From a virus (lineage: Duplodnaviria; Caudoviricetes): a DNA stretch of 64,000 bases. How positions within the stretch are numbered: position 1 is the first letter of the stretch; the number at the start of each line of letters is the position of its first letter. A program made the position numbers and the translations under genes. Location: the IMG/VR virus record IMGVR_UViG_3300034061_006011. The stretch is one strand, 5' to 3'. The notes beneath the pieces were generated by a model. That model was not told the origin of the DNA. It saw only the letters and a list, made by a program, of their open reading frames with translations, and did no database searches. This document shows, piece after piece, positions 1-10,285 of the stretch.

Positions 1-621
1 ATCAAAAGGCATCCAATTTTTCTGCCTTGAATTCATATGAGCAGGACTTATTCTAAAAGATGTATCTTCAATAAATTTACCAGAAGATCTGTTATCCATT
101 ATAACAGTTCCTCTCATGTATTCTGTTTCATACTTGTCGTTTTCAATATAAGAATAAATCATCAACAACTGATTATCTTTAGTCCAAATTAATCTTGGAT
201 CAGCACATTTGTTTATATTAAATTTATGATAAGACTTTTCAACCACCTTGTAATTTTTGTCTAATATACAACCGACAAACTTTAGTTCATTTGGGCGGTA
301 TACACAAACATAATGATCATCATCTAATTCGACTAAACCAGCATTGAATGAACCTTTTTCTGGGATATCAATCTTGATAAATTTTGCATTTACAGTTGTT
401 AAAAAGTCTTTATCTGGTCTAGGTTTCTCAGGAACAATATTATTTTTATTTCTTCCACCAATAGATTTTACAATTTTTTGTCCACTGCCTAAAGAAGAAG
501 AAGCTAGTAAATTATTTTTGATTCTACTAGCCATGTCTCCCTCATTTATTATTTTGTTTAAACTGTTAAGATTAATTACAGCAGCTCTTCTTCTTGATGC
601 TACATCTTTTTTTTTGTCCAT
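1..621 (-). CDS. Glycosidase-like five-bladed beta-propeller protein (GH130/GH43 clan-like), truncated by window start
   Basis: Not in ORF track. Open frame from ATG at 621 to position 1 (MDKKKDVASRRR...); motifs SFNAGL, ADPRL and QKNWMPF are typical of this propeller family. Confidence 0.6.
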   Translation of the reverse strand, partial: MDKKKDVASRRRAAVINLNSLNKIINEGDMASRIKNNLLASSSLGSGQKIVKSIGGRNKNNIVPEKPRPDKDFLTTVNAKFIKIDIPEKGSFNAGLVELDDDHYVCVYRPNELKFVGCILDKNYKVVEKSYHKFNINKCADPRLIWTKDNQLLMIYSYIENDKYETEYMRGTVIMDNRSSGKFIEDTSFRISPAHMNSRQKNWMPFD

Positions 622-718
622 ATAAACCTATCCTTATACTATAATAGTTATTATATTCAATAGTAATTTTTAGGTTTAACCAATAAACATCATAAATTAA
701 AGACGAGCTTTTATAATT

Positions 719-1534
719 TTAATCCTCTATTACTTTTCCTCGACAATATTCCAATGATTTTTTTATTTCTTTTTCTATTTTGGTAAAAGCAATATTAACT
801 GTTTTCTCAACAATATTTTCAGTATGGTTAATAGGAGAATTTTCATTACAAAACTTAGTCAATTTTTTGAAATCAGGACGTTTTAATTTACCACCACCAT
901 ATAAATAAGATACAAAAATTTCATATGCCAATTCGTCGGCATCTTGTACAGTTTTATTTTCCACAGTTGATTTTGCAGATGCAAAATTAAACAATAAAGG
1001 CAATATTTTGTTTGGTTTAAATTCTACTGAAGGAAATTCATTGTTGTCATAGAATTTATTCACTGTTGTAAAAGGTATTTTGCCAAATGTCAGATGTGTA
1101 ACTAAATTGAAAACAGCCATCTTAATTGTATCTTTAGAAGACGAATTTCCCATTTCAAACACTGCATGACCCATATTGTGCAAAATCATCCAAGGAGTTA
1201 GTAAATCTCCTTGTGATGATTTCTTAAGAAAAACTATATCCTCTTTTGGAATTTTATCAAAAAAGTATTTTTGAATATCTATGTCATCTCTGTTATATTC
1301 ACCAAAGTATATATGAAAATTAAAGCCTTTGACTCTTGCCAATACTGTGTCTAAAACAGATATTATGCCACCACGAAGCTTGCTACGACTACTAATAACA
1401 AGCGGTCTTTTATACATGCCAGAAATATATTCAGTATCTTTTTCATTAAGAGATGGCTTAAATTCATCTCCATGTGGCATCGTAAAGCCACCATGACTCG
1501 ATAAAGCTTCCAAAAATTGATAAAAACTTTTCAT
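719..1534 (-). CDS. Zincin-like protein with capsid-targeting-like N-terminus
   Basis: MKSFYQFLE start; LTPWMILHNMGHA and ELAYEIF motifs; paralog of 12736..13899. Confidence 0.55.
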   Translation of the reverse strand: MKSFYQFLEALSSHGGFTMPHGDEFKPSLNEKDTEYISGMYKRPLVISSRSKLRGGIISVLDTVLARVKGFNFHIYFGEYNRDDIDIQKYFFDKIPKEDIVFLKKSSQGDLLTPWMILHNMGHAVFEMGNSSSKDTIKMAVFNLVTHLTFGKIPFTTVNKFYDNNEFPSVEFKPNKILPLLFNFASAKSTVENKTVQDADELAYEIFVSYLYGGGKLKRPDFKKLTKFCNENSPINHTENIVEKTVNIAFTKIEKEIKKSLEYCRGKVIED

Positions 1535-1616
1535 TGTACCTATATAGAAAAACCCCGGCGAAATATTTTAACTTCTCTACTAGCAATTTATTTAAAATTA
1601 TCACTAAATATACACT

Positions 1617-2183
1617 ATGAATACTTTCAAACAATTTCTAGAATCTAGAAACGATGAACTAAGAAAAGCATTAGAAGACATTACAGCCAATTTCGCTAAA
1701 TATGGATCGCCAGTTCCTCCACAACCAATCGATACAGATCCAGATCTCCTAAAATGGGAACCAGAACTATTAGAATTTAACCCAGAATTAGTTAAATGGA
1801 CTCACGAACTACTCCATAAACGCAAAGATCAAAACCAAACAGCAAAAGAATTTAAAAAATGGATCGAAATGAGAACCAGAGCTGAAATGAGAACCAAAGC
1901 ATCAGCACCACCTCCTCAACCAAAACCACCATTGCCACCAATAGAAGACTTTATCAAAGAATATAAGCCAAAAAGACATCCCGAAAAAGACTACGGAGGA
2001 TATAACGATGGAATGAAATACACTGTAGTATCTACATCAAAATCTGTACCACATGAATTAAGACAACTAATAGCAAGATCACTAGGAGAAGAATGGTCAT
2101 ACCGTCAAGAAGTTGATAGAAAACCTTCAGATAACAAAAGAAGACACTATTACCTCGTTTATTGCCCAAGCCTAAGCTTGTAA
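1617..2183 (+). CDS. Hypothetical Pro-rich protein, putative internal head protein
   Basis: MNTFKQFLE start; CTAAATA box 6 nt upstream. Confidence 0.6.
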   Translation: MNTFKQFLESRNDELRKALEDITANFAKYGSPVPPQPIDTDPDLLKWEPELLEFNPELVKWTHELLHKRKDQNQTAKEFKKWIEMRTRAEMRTKASAPPPQPKPPLPPIEDFIKEYKPKRHPEKDYGGYNDGMKYTVVSTSKSVPHELRQLIARSLGEEWSYRQEVDRKPSDNKRRHYYLVYCPSLSL

Positions 2184-2236
2184 AATAAATTGACATAAAT
2201 ACTAATTTATAATATAAAAATAGAGGCAACTATGTC

Positions 2237-2737
2237 ATGATCGAAATCCCTATCACAAAAATCATGCTAGATTATGCAAACCACAAAGCATACCAACTCG
2301 GAAAATTAAAAAACTCAATAACAAAAGGCGAAGGTAATATCGCCGGATTCCTTGGCGAAATAGCAACAAAAATGTATCTAAACATACCATATAACAAAGA
2401 AGAAAACTCTATACACTACGATATAATACACAACAACATAAGAATAGATGTTAAAACAAAAAGAACCACAACTACTATAAAACCATACTACGAAACCAGT
2501 ATCGCCAACCTCAATACACTACAAGATTGTGACGATTATCTCTTTACAAGAGTGTATCAACCTACATATTCAAATATGCCAATATCAGTATTCCTGCTAG
2601 GTATCTACCCAAAAGACCTATACTTCGAAAAAGCTAGATTTCTATCCAAAGGAGATATTGACGGAGATAATAACTATATCGTAAAAAGCGACTGCTGGAA
2701 TATGACTATTGATGAATTATACAATATTAACTACTAA
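2237..2737 (+). CDS. PD-(D/E)XK-family nuclease-like protein
   Basis: GFLGE...YDII...IDVKTK motif order. Confidence 0.6.
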   Translation: MIEIPITKIMLDYANHKAYQLGKLKNSITKGEGNIAGFLGEIATKMYLNIPYNKEENSIHYDIIHNNIRIDVKTKRTTTTIKPYYETSIANLNTLQDCDDYLFTRVYQPTYSNMPISVFLLGIYPKDLYFEKARFLSKGDIDGDNNYIVKSDCWNMTIDELYNINY

Positions 2738-2973
2738 TCATCACACAAATCTTCATTAAAAATTCATCCCATTATGCCCCAAACTTCCATAAATATTATA
2801 TGGAAGAAATTAATCATATAGTGAATCATATCACAACCATGAACCCAGCACTACCTAATTCTCAACAAGAATTAATTAGCACCCTGTCATTCATTGCTAT
2901 CGTACCAGCAACCACCATGTTCATCCTCTACGCAATCTATGAAGAATATTTTCACTGCTAATCTAAATATACC

Positions 2974-3456
2974 ATGATCACCTTCAAACAATTTTTAGAA
3001 AATAAAGAAGACTTAGAACTACCACCAGAAATGGGAACCGCTCCAATACCAGATGGATGCGTAAGACTCTATCATCAAACAAATCCAGAAAATGTTCCAT
3101 CAATTAAACAAAATGGCATAACTAAATCTTTGTCAACAGGAAAATCGCACCACGAACCATCTGTAATCTGGGCTGCAAGAAAACCATTCTATAACATCAA
3201 ATCAGACCTAGCTACTATCGAATTCTTCATCCCAGAAGAACAATTCTCACCACCAAGCTACGTCTTGGTAGACGTAATACCACCAGAACAAATTATAGGC
3301 ATACACGAAAGATGGACCGACCTCGCAAGACACCTAATAAAAGATTACCCAGAACCAAATCAATCAAAAATAGACTTCTGGATGTCTATCGACGATAATT
3401 ACAAAAAAGCTACCCAATTTTATGTCAACTATATGAAATCAATAGATAAATTGTAA
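2974..3456 (+). CDS. ART-fold (ADP-ribosyltransferase-like) protein
   Basis: RLYHQT...SIKQNGI strand-1 motif; MITFKQFLE start. Confidence 0.5.
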   Translation: MITFKQFLENKEDLELPPEMGTAPIPDGCVRLYHQTNPENVPSIKQNGITKSLSTGKSHHEPSVIWAARKPFYNIKSDLATIEFFIPEEQFSPPSYVLVDVIPPEQIIGIHERWTDLARHLIKDYPEPNQSKIDFWMSIDDNYKKATQFYVNYMKSIDKL

Positions 3457-3475
3457 ATATTATCATAAATACAAC

Positions 3476-4789
3476 ATGACCACTTTCAAACAATGGCTGT
3501 TAACCGAAGCAATAATTGACAAAGAAGAATTTATTAAAGAAATTAATTCTACAGAACATTCTTATTTACACTTACAACTGTCCCCTAATGGAAAAATATT
3601 AATTACAAGCCCTCATATTGAAACCAATATAATAAAAATTGGGAAAAAATATAAGTCAATCGAAGCAACAGGATCATTACAACCATTATCTAAAAATTTT
3701 GCTAATGTAATTAACACAATTAAAAAAATATATCCTGAAATATTAAACTATGTCGTTTCCGAGACAGGAGTTGCAGGATTTAGAAATCCTTCAACAAAAC
3801 ATAGAACAGTACAATATTGGCTTGACCAACAAAGAACAGAACCAAAAGTAAATCTACCAAAATATTTTTATCACGGCACCTCTACAAACTTATATAATAT
3901 GTTCATCAAAGAACAAGGATTGGTCCCAAGACAAATATCTGGAAGTTCTGGATCTTATGGTGCATCATCAGTCAGAGCCTTATCAAGAGGAATGTTTAAT
4001 TATCTTACAATTCATCCTGATTATGCTACAAGAGAAGCAGCTACACAAGCAGCAAAAAATCATGGCGGTCTTCCACTCATATTAAAAATAAATTCATATG
4101 CAATAGATCCAACAAGACTTTTTCCCGATGAAGACGCAAGAGCAGAAACTTGGGAAGAATCCATGCACAAGATAGGAACAGTTGCCTATAAAGGCATTAT
4201 CCAAAACTCAAGCATCATGCCATATGAAATTAGCAAAGATATCAATAGATTAAAATGGTTGCCTTATGAAGAAACACCAACAATGAATCATCCCACATAC
4301 GAAAAATTAATTACAACAAAAGAACATAGAAACAAAGATTCCGTATTCTTTGCACTTTATGATAAAGAAATAATTGATAGAAAAGGTAGCTTACTCAAAC
4401 CAATAACCAGCGAAGAATTTAACGAAATAATAAAGAATGCAAAATGGGCAACTAATGCATGGTTAATTTGTGAATCAATAAACGAAGGTATATTGGAAAA
4501 GACAAGAAATTCTGTTATCAGCAGAAGTAATTTCGATAAAGAAGCACAAAAAATTGTACTTGATTTGTATAAGCATGATATTTTTGATGAATATCTGCAA
4601 ATGAAAAGCGAATACATTAGAATATATGATTACGCAATACAAGTAATAATAAAATATGCTAAATACCTTGGCAAAAATTCATGGAAAGAAATAGATCAAA
4701 AATTAAGAACTGTTTACTCAAGAAACAATAGAGATCAAAATGACCACTTATATTCCACTGAAGCTAAAGAAATATTAGGAATTAAATAG
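3476..4789 (+). CDS. ART/Tpt1(KptA)-like domain protein
   Basis: YFYHGTS...IKEQGLVP, YLT..P..A, ILKI, VAYKG motifs; MTTFKQWLLTE start. Confidence 0.6.
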   Translation: MTTFKQWLLTEAIIDKEEFIKEINSTEHSYLHLQLSPNGKILITSPHIETNIIKIGKKYKSIEATGSLQPLSKNFANVINTIKKIYPEILNYVVSETGVAGFRNPSTKHRTVQYWLDQQRTEPKVNLPKYFYHGTSTNLYNMFIKEQGLVPRQISGSSGSYGASSVRALSRGMFNYLTIHPDYATREAATQAAKNHGGLPLILKINSYAIDPTRLFPDEDARAETWEESMHKIGTVAYKGIIQNSSIMPYEISKDINRLKWLPYEETPTMNHPTYEKLITTKEHRNKDSVFFALYDKEIIDRKGSLLKPITSEEFNEIIKNAKWATNAWLICESINEGILEKTRNSVISRSNFDKEAQKIVLDLYKHDIFDEYLQMKSEYIRIYDYAIQVIIKYAKYLGKNSWKEIDQKLRTVYSRNNRDQNDHLYSTEAKEILGIK

Positions 4790-4901
4790 AAAGATTACCC
4801 GCAACTCCCGAAGAAGCAAGTATGTGGAAACTCAAAACTCTTAACCACCCATTCCATTTCAAATTCATTTCAGAAAATCCACAAGTAATCATAAATAATA
4901 C

Positions 4902-6053
4902 ATGACTAATTTTAAACAATGGCTACTTACAGAAGAAATTGACCGTAATGGCAAAACGGCAATAGTTTATCATAGAACCGACGAAATTGAAAATGCACTT
5001 TCAATACTCCAATATGGATCTAAATCCGATTTTGATAAAGACCATCCTATGTTATCCGATTTTGATAAAGACAATCAACCGGGGCAGATGTTCTTCGTCT
5101 TTGATCTTGAAAGCACTATGGGAAAGGCAGAAACTTACGGAAATGCTATAATAAAATTCAAAGTCACTGATCTTGATAAATATCTTGTATTCCATACAAA
5201 TATGGCTAAAAGAATTCATGGAGAGAATTACAAATTAAGTGATCAACTTAGAGAATTCAAAATTTCACAAAAATTCACACAAAATTATCTTGATGATATA
5301 GACGAAAAACTAGTCACAAATCAATATAACCACATCACTGACGTTTATTCTTTTTTAATTGAAAACGAATGGATAAAAAGTAAAATAAAAGGCGTTATTT
5401 ATTGGGGATATGATGATGGATATTGCTTGCTTAAATTCCGTCCAGTAAATGACGGAACAATTACTATGATCGGATATGCAACCGACCCACACAAAAATTA
5501 TGAAAAAGATGGGATAATAAAAAGCAAAAATAGAATGAAAGATTTAGAAAAATCTCAAAATTGGACAACATCAACAGATATAGCCAAATTAAAATCTATT
5601 GATAAAACCCCATACGGACAAAGAGAAAAATATATTAAAATAAAAGAAAAAAATCCAACTGTCTTGGAAATAATCAAAAAACTAAAACTAGAGAAAAATA
5701 TTGAAAAAGATGAATTATTAAAAATAATGAATTCTGTTAAAAATAAAAACGCATTTGCAAAAATAATTATACAAAATAAAAAAGAATTAACAGTTGATGA
5801 TATTTCATTGTTAATGAAATATTCAACAGACTCATGGGAAATTTGTTCATTTATACTTAAGAATAGACCAGAATTGTCTGATTTTATTTCTAGAGCTATG
5901 TTTCCTAAAACCTACAGACCAATGGACACTCAAACCAGCAAGGTATGGTCTGATTATACATCAGATCCAGACAGAAGACCAATAGACACTAAAACCGGCG
6001 AAAGACCAGAATTGTCTGATTTTATTTCTAGAGCTATGCGTTCCCGTAAATAA
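4902..6053 (+). CDS. ART-fold protein, paralog of 8824..9906
   Basis: IVYHRT, FKVTDLDKYLVFH and KGVIYWGYDDGYCL shared with 8824. Confidence 0.55.
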   Translation: MTNFKQWLLTEEIDRNGKTAIVYHRTDEIENALSILQYGSKSDFDKDHPMLSDFDKDNQPGQMFFVFDLESTMGKAETYGNAIIKFKVTDLDKYLVFHTNMAKRIHGENYKLSDQLREFKISQKFTQNYLDDIDEKLVTNQYNHITDVYSFLIENEWIKSKIKGVIYWGYDDGYCLLKFRPVNDGTITMIGYATDPHKNYEKDGIIKSKNRMKDLEKSQNWTTSTDIAKLKSIDKTPYGQREKYIKIKEKNPTVLEIIKKLKLEKNIEKDELLKIMNSVKNKNAFAKIIIQNKKELTVDDISLLMKYSTDSWEICSFILKNRPELSDFISRAMFPKTYRPMDTQTSKVWSDYTSDPDRRPIDTKTGERPELSDFISRAMRSRK

Positions 6054-6096
6054 AATTTATTTAACAATTAATTAAATATACACCAATAAATACAAC

Positions 6097-6747
6097 ATGA
6101 TCAACTTTTATCAATTCCTTGAATTTGCTAGAGAAATCATCCCAATAGGTACTGTTACTGACCCAAATGTCAGAAAATCGCTGGCAGGAAGAAGAATTAA
6201 TTCCGCTGATGCGAAAAAATATTTGGATCAAGGTTTCGTTTATGTCTATAGATTTGAAGGATTCGCACCACGTCTCAGGAAGTATTCAAGAGGAGTTTGG
6301 TATTTTATAGGAGATGAAAATGATACTAAACTTGATCTGGGCAAATGCTTATTAGCATGGAATAAAGTACATGCACTTCACCTATTAGGATTTCCCAACA
6401 ATTATATATTGTTTTATATTAATCCTGCAAATTTTTTACGACTTGCTGCTGACCAAAATTTAAACAATAGATATATAAATCAAGTAATAAAATCACACTT
6501 TAATGAAAATGGACCTACCAAAGATTTCAATTCTTATGATAAATTAGATTTTCCCATGACTGGTATCGCAAAAAGTCAGGGATATGATACTATCATGTTA
6601 GTTGCAGAAGGTGATTCCAAATCAGCAGAATTAATCGATCTTAGAACAGAAGTAACTCCTAAATCATTAGAAGATTATTTAAAAGAAATAGATGTAGATG
6701 AAGTTATGAAAGATTTAAAGAAAAAAAAGGGGAAAAAATCTACATGA
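6097..6747 (+). CDS. Hypothetical protein, possibly ART-like
   Basis: MINFYQFLE start; YVYRFEG and GVWYF; late box upstream. Confidence 0.45.
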   Translation: MINFYQFLEFAREIIPIGTVTDPNVRKSLAGRRINSADAKKYLDQGFVYVYRFEGFAPRLRKYSRGVWYFIGDENDTKLDLGKCLLAWNKVHALHLLGFPNNYILFYINPANFLRLAADQNLNNRYINQVIKSHFNENGPTKDFNSYDKLDFPMTGIAKSQGYDTIMLVAEGDSKSAELIDLRTEVTPKSLEDYLKEIDVDEVMKDLKKKKGKKST

Positions 6748-6761
6748 TCACTTTCAAATAA
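6744..6761 (+). pseudogene. Relic of a CTS-type gene start (MITFK*)
   Basis: tacATGATCACTTTCAAAtaa matches the start of 7568 (tacATGATCACTTTCAAAcaa). Confidence 0.4.
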
Positions 6762-6803
6762 TCACCGTAACAACTCCAGTTAATTCTAATAAAATTAATA
6801 TAA

Positions 6804-7487
6804 TTATTCTGAATCTGAGGAATAAGTGCCTATACCATAGTACTCTTTAATCTTATCAATCGCATCATTGTAAAGAATTGTTGCATAAGAAGGACGAATA
6901 TTCAATTCTGCCGCAATATCTTTATTCATTACATCCTCAGACCTGCGAGTCAAAATAATCTTCTGCCTTGGACTCAAATTGGGAACCCTTAACAAATCCT
7001 CTAATCCCATCTTTTCAGACGATGGATCATCAGCAAATGAACTAGGCTCATGAATAGTACCAACTGTGTTAAAACTCACATTTCCTTTCTCACTCTTCCA
7101 ATTATTACGCCTTATAATGTCCACAACAGATGCTCTAATCATGTTTGTAATCAAACCACCAATTAAATTGTAATTCAATTTTCTATTTCTTATTTTTTTT
7201 TCAACCGTATTGTGAACCCTCAGCAAAGTCCTGTTGATAATGTCCTCTTCATCAACAATGTTTCTTATAACCATTCTACGCTGATAAGGCAAAAGACTAT
7301 TCCTAAAACAATTTCTTATATTATTGTCCAATCTATCATAAAACTTTTCCTTCTTACCCAAATTATCAGAATACCATAAAAATAAATTCTCCAAATTCCT
7401 CTTACACTTAAAAATTATCTCGGCTGCTTCTGGATCTACAGATTCATGAAAATCTCTATTAATAACATATTCAAAAAATGTTTTCAT
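6804..7487 (-). CDS. Sigma-70/ECF-like RNA polymerase sigma factor
   Basis: Region 2-like EEDIINRTLLRV...MIRASVVDIIRR; region 4 LSPRQKIILT...NKDIAAELNI. Confidence 0.75.
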   Translation of the reverse strand: MKTFFEYVINRDFHESVDPEAAEIIFKCKRNLENLFLWYSDNLGKKEKFYDRLDNNIRNCFRNSLLPYQRRMVIRNIVDEEDIINRTLLRVHNTVEKKIRNRKLNYNLIGGLITNMIRASVVDIIRRNNWKSEKGNVSFNTVGTIHEPSSFADDPSSEKMGLEDLLRVPNLSPRQKIILTRRSEDVMNKDIAAELNIRPSYATILYNDAIDKIKEYYGIGTYSSDSE

Positions 7488-7567
7488 AATAAACTATATA
7501 TTCCACTAAACAAAAAAATCACACCACATCTCTATAAATTAAATCCACAAATAAGCATAAATACTAC

Positions 7568-7948
7568 ATGATCACTTTCAAACAATTCCTAGAATCCTAC
7601 AGAATGGAAGACCAAACCTTCTCCGATAACAACGGCACCTACTCCGTACCACAAATAGTCAACTACGCAACAGAAAACAAAACAATAAAAGAAATGCCAT
7701 TAGAACCCCTACTACATAACCTAGAACCATCCCCACACGAAGAAGGTGATGAACTACCCGGTCATCCAGAATTTATCAAAAGAACTGAACTAACTGACCT
7801 CAAATACCCAATCATTATCGTCAAATACCCAGACGGTCTCTTTATCGCTGACGGTGTCCATAGACTAGCAAAAGCTCACTCCCTAAACCAACAAACTATC
7901 AAAGCTTATGTCCTAGACCAAAATGAATTAGAACAATTCAAAATGTAA
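7568..7948 (+). CDS. ParB/Sulfiredoxin N-terminal domain protein
   Basis: YPIIIV...IADGVHRLAKA motif. Confidence 0.7.
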   Translation: MITFKQFLESYRMEDQTFSDNNGTYSVPQIVNYATENKTIKEMPLEPLLHNLEPSPHEEGDELPGHPEFIKRTELTDLKYPIIIVKYPDGLFIADGVHRLAKAHSLNQQTIKAYVLDQNELEQFKM

Positions 7949-7954
7949 CATTCT

Positions 7955-8749
7955 TCAAGACTCAATCCAATCCTGTCCATTATGAACTAAAATTTTAGTC
8001 ACAGGTAAAGAACTTTCTCCTGTGTACTTCAAAGCCATAGGATTCTTTCCATAATTATTCTGGAAAAACCAAGATTCCAGTTTTTTATGCAATTCTGGAT
8101 TCCGATCCTGATGTCCATAATAAAAAGGAGCTATATTAGATGCTGCTCCTGCACTGTAATAAGGGTTATCATTCAACAAAGGATCACGAACACTTCCTAT
8201 TCTACCGGGAAATTTACCATACAAACTTCTGGCTACAGGATTCTTCTTGATAGTCGAAAATGGAATTGGCTCGGCATCAATACCAGTCAACTTTTCTCCA
8301 ACTTCATCCTTTGACAAATATTCTTTTGTCTTGTCTGTTAAATTAACATCTCCCAACTTGTTCAGCTTTCCAACTCTTTTAGAAGCATAAGTAAGAATGT
8401 CCTTCGCATGATTCTCAATGTCCAAATCCCATTCACCAAAATCAATATTTGGAACATCTATTACAACAACTATAGGATTACCCTCTAAAGAACCCTTCAA
8501 ACCATACAATTCTCTGTTCATACGAGCCAAAGCATGAGTTTTTGCGCTTTCATCCGATGTCCAAAGAAATAAACCACCTCCCTGACCATGACCGTATCCC
8601 GAAGACCTAGCACCATCCCTCTTAAATGAATTCAATACCTCATCGTTCTTTCCAGAACTAGTTCCATGATAAAACCTGAAAGGACCATTAATAACAATAT
8701 CATGTGAATAACCTTCATCATGTCGAAGCCACTCTTTGAAATTATCCAT
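7955..8749 (-). CDS. ART/PARP-like protein
   Basis: FYHGTS followed by GHGQGGGLFLWT...AKTHA. Confidence 0.6.
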   Translation of the reverse strand: MDNFKEWLRHDEGYSHDIVINGPFRFYHGTSSGKNDEVLNSFKRDGARSSGYGHGQGGGLFLWTSDESAKTHALARMNRELYGLKGSLEGNPIVVVIDVPNIDFGEWDLDIENHAKDILTYASKRVGKLNKLGDVNLTDKTKEYLSKDEVGEKLTGIDAEPIPFSTIKKNPVARSLYGKFPGRIGSVRDPLLNDNPYYSAGAASNIAPFYYGHQDRNPELHKKLESWFFQNNYGKNPMALKYTGESSLPVTKILVHNGQDWIES

Positions 8750-8823
8750 AATGTTTATATATAAAAAATCCAGAAAAATATCAACCCTCTACACAAATTA
8801 AATCAACATACATAAATATAACC

Positions 8824-9906
8824 ATGAACTTTAAACAATGGCTCATCAACGAAGAAATTTATCCCAATAACACCGCTACGGTTTATCATAGGACTGAACA
8901 CGCTAGCAATATTGAAAGAATTCTACAATCTGGATACAAAACCGGTGGTGGTCAAATGTATGGTAATGGTCTTTACACTACCATCTCACTAGAAAGCCAA
9001 TTTAAAAGTTATATGAGCATATATGGTAATTATGTTATCAAGTTTCATGTCACCGATCTTGATAAATATCTTGTATTCCACCCCAATATGGCTAAAAAAA
9101 TTCATGGTCAAAATTACAAAATCAGTGATCAATTGAAAAATTTTAATTTAGCAGGAAGCTTTACAGAAGATAAACTTAGACAATACGATGAAGCACAAGA
9201 AAAAACCGGAACTGTTAATGGTAATAATGCAGTTAAATTTTGTAGAGAAAATATTGGGATACTGCATACAATAAAAGGCATTATTTATTATGGAACAAAT
9301 GATGGCTATTGTTTAGTAAAATATAAACCAGTGAACGATAATACAATAAAAATGCTTGGTTACGCAGAAGCACAAGTTGAAGATATCAATAAAATGAACG
9401 AACTGTACGCAAATAAAGGATGGAATACATCAACAGATAAAGCTAACATCAAAGATATACAAGATTTAGAACCAGATCAAAGAGAAAAATACGCAACAAT
9501 TACTCCAAATAATTTGAAATCTGTATCAGAAATTGTAACCCTTATAAAGGATGAAAAATCTAATTTTGAAGAAATATTCGAATACATAAAGAGAAATAAA
9601 TTAATAGATCAAAAATACAAAAATACTATTGTAAGACTTATATTAAAATATAAAAAAGAAATATCCGTGGAACAATTGCTAGAACTAGTAAAATACAAAA
9701 AAGAAATCTCCATAGAAGAATTAATTGAACTAATAAATTACAAAAAAGAAATCTCCATTAAACAATTACTAGAACTAATGAAATATACAAACATGTCCAC
9801 ATCAGAAAGAGAAAAATTTATTGCAACTTACTTACCAGAAAAAGTAAATTCAATTAAACAATATGTTAACGATCCATCAAACTTTACTTCAACACATGAT
9901 GATTAA
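8824..9906 (+). CDS. ART/PARP-like protein with C-terminal 15-aa repeats
   Basis: VYHRT...GGGQMYGNGLYTT; three KYKKEIS(V/I) repeats. Confidence 0.6.
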   Translation: MNFKQWLINEEIYPNNTATVYHRTEHASNIERILQSGYKTGGGQMYGNGLYTTISLESQFKSYMSIYGNYVIKFHVTDLDKYLVFHPNMAKKIHGQNYKISDQLKNFNLAGSFTEDKLRQYDEAQEKTGTVNGNNAVKFCRENIGILHTIKGIIYYGTNDGYCLVKYKPVNDNTIKMLGYAEAQVEDINKMNELYANKGWNTSTDKANIKDIQDLEPDQREKYATITPNNLKSVSEIVTLIKDEKSNFEEIFEYIKRNKLIDQKYKNTIVRLILKYKKEISVEQLLELVKYKKEISIEELIELINYKKEISIKQLLELMKYTNMSTSEREKFIATYLPEKVNSIKQYVNDPSNFTSTHDD

Positions 9907-9952
9907 TATCAACCCTCTACACAAATTAAATCAACATACATAAATACACATC

Positions 9953-10234
9953 ATGAAACTTAAAGATAAAGCTACCATCAAAACAAATTTTCCAGAAGCT
10001 GACTTTTGGATCGTTCGCAGAGGATCAGAATCAGACGTTGGTAAACCTACCAAAAAATTTAGCGAATATCACATAGGAATTAAAGTTACATCTGATGACC
10101 TATTACCAGATTATCTCTACTACGCAATGACATATCTCTACAACCAAGGATACTATAAACCATTAGCCACAGGAATGTCAAGCTTGGTAAACATACAAGT
10201 TAAAGATGTTAAAAATATTAAAATGGGCGAATAA
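9953..10234 (+). CDS. Small protein resembling part of a type I R-M specificity (HsdS TRD) domain
   Basis: LLPDYLYY...ATG...NIQVKDVKNI pattern. Confidence 0.45.
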   Translation: MKLKDKATIKTNFPEADFWIVRRGSESDVGKPTKKFSEYHIGIKVTSDDLLPDYLYYAMTYLYNQGYYKPLATGMSSLVNIQVKDVKNIKMGE

Positions 10235-10285
10235 TAAAACCACACTACCTCTACACAAATTAAATCAACATACATAAATATAACC

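Noticed and set aside
2237-2737. Homing endonuclease or restriction-modification system
   Set aside because: No HNH or GIY-YIG motif, no intron context and no methyltransferase nearby; only a generic PD-(D/E)XK call is supportable
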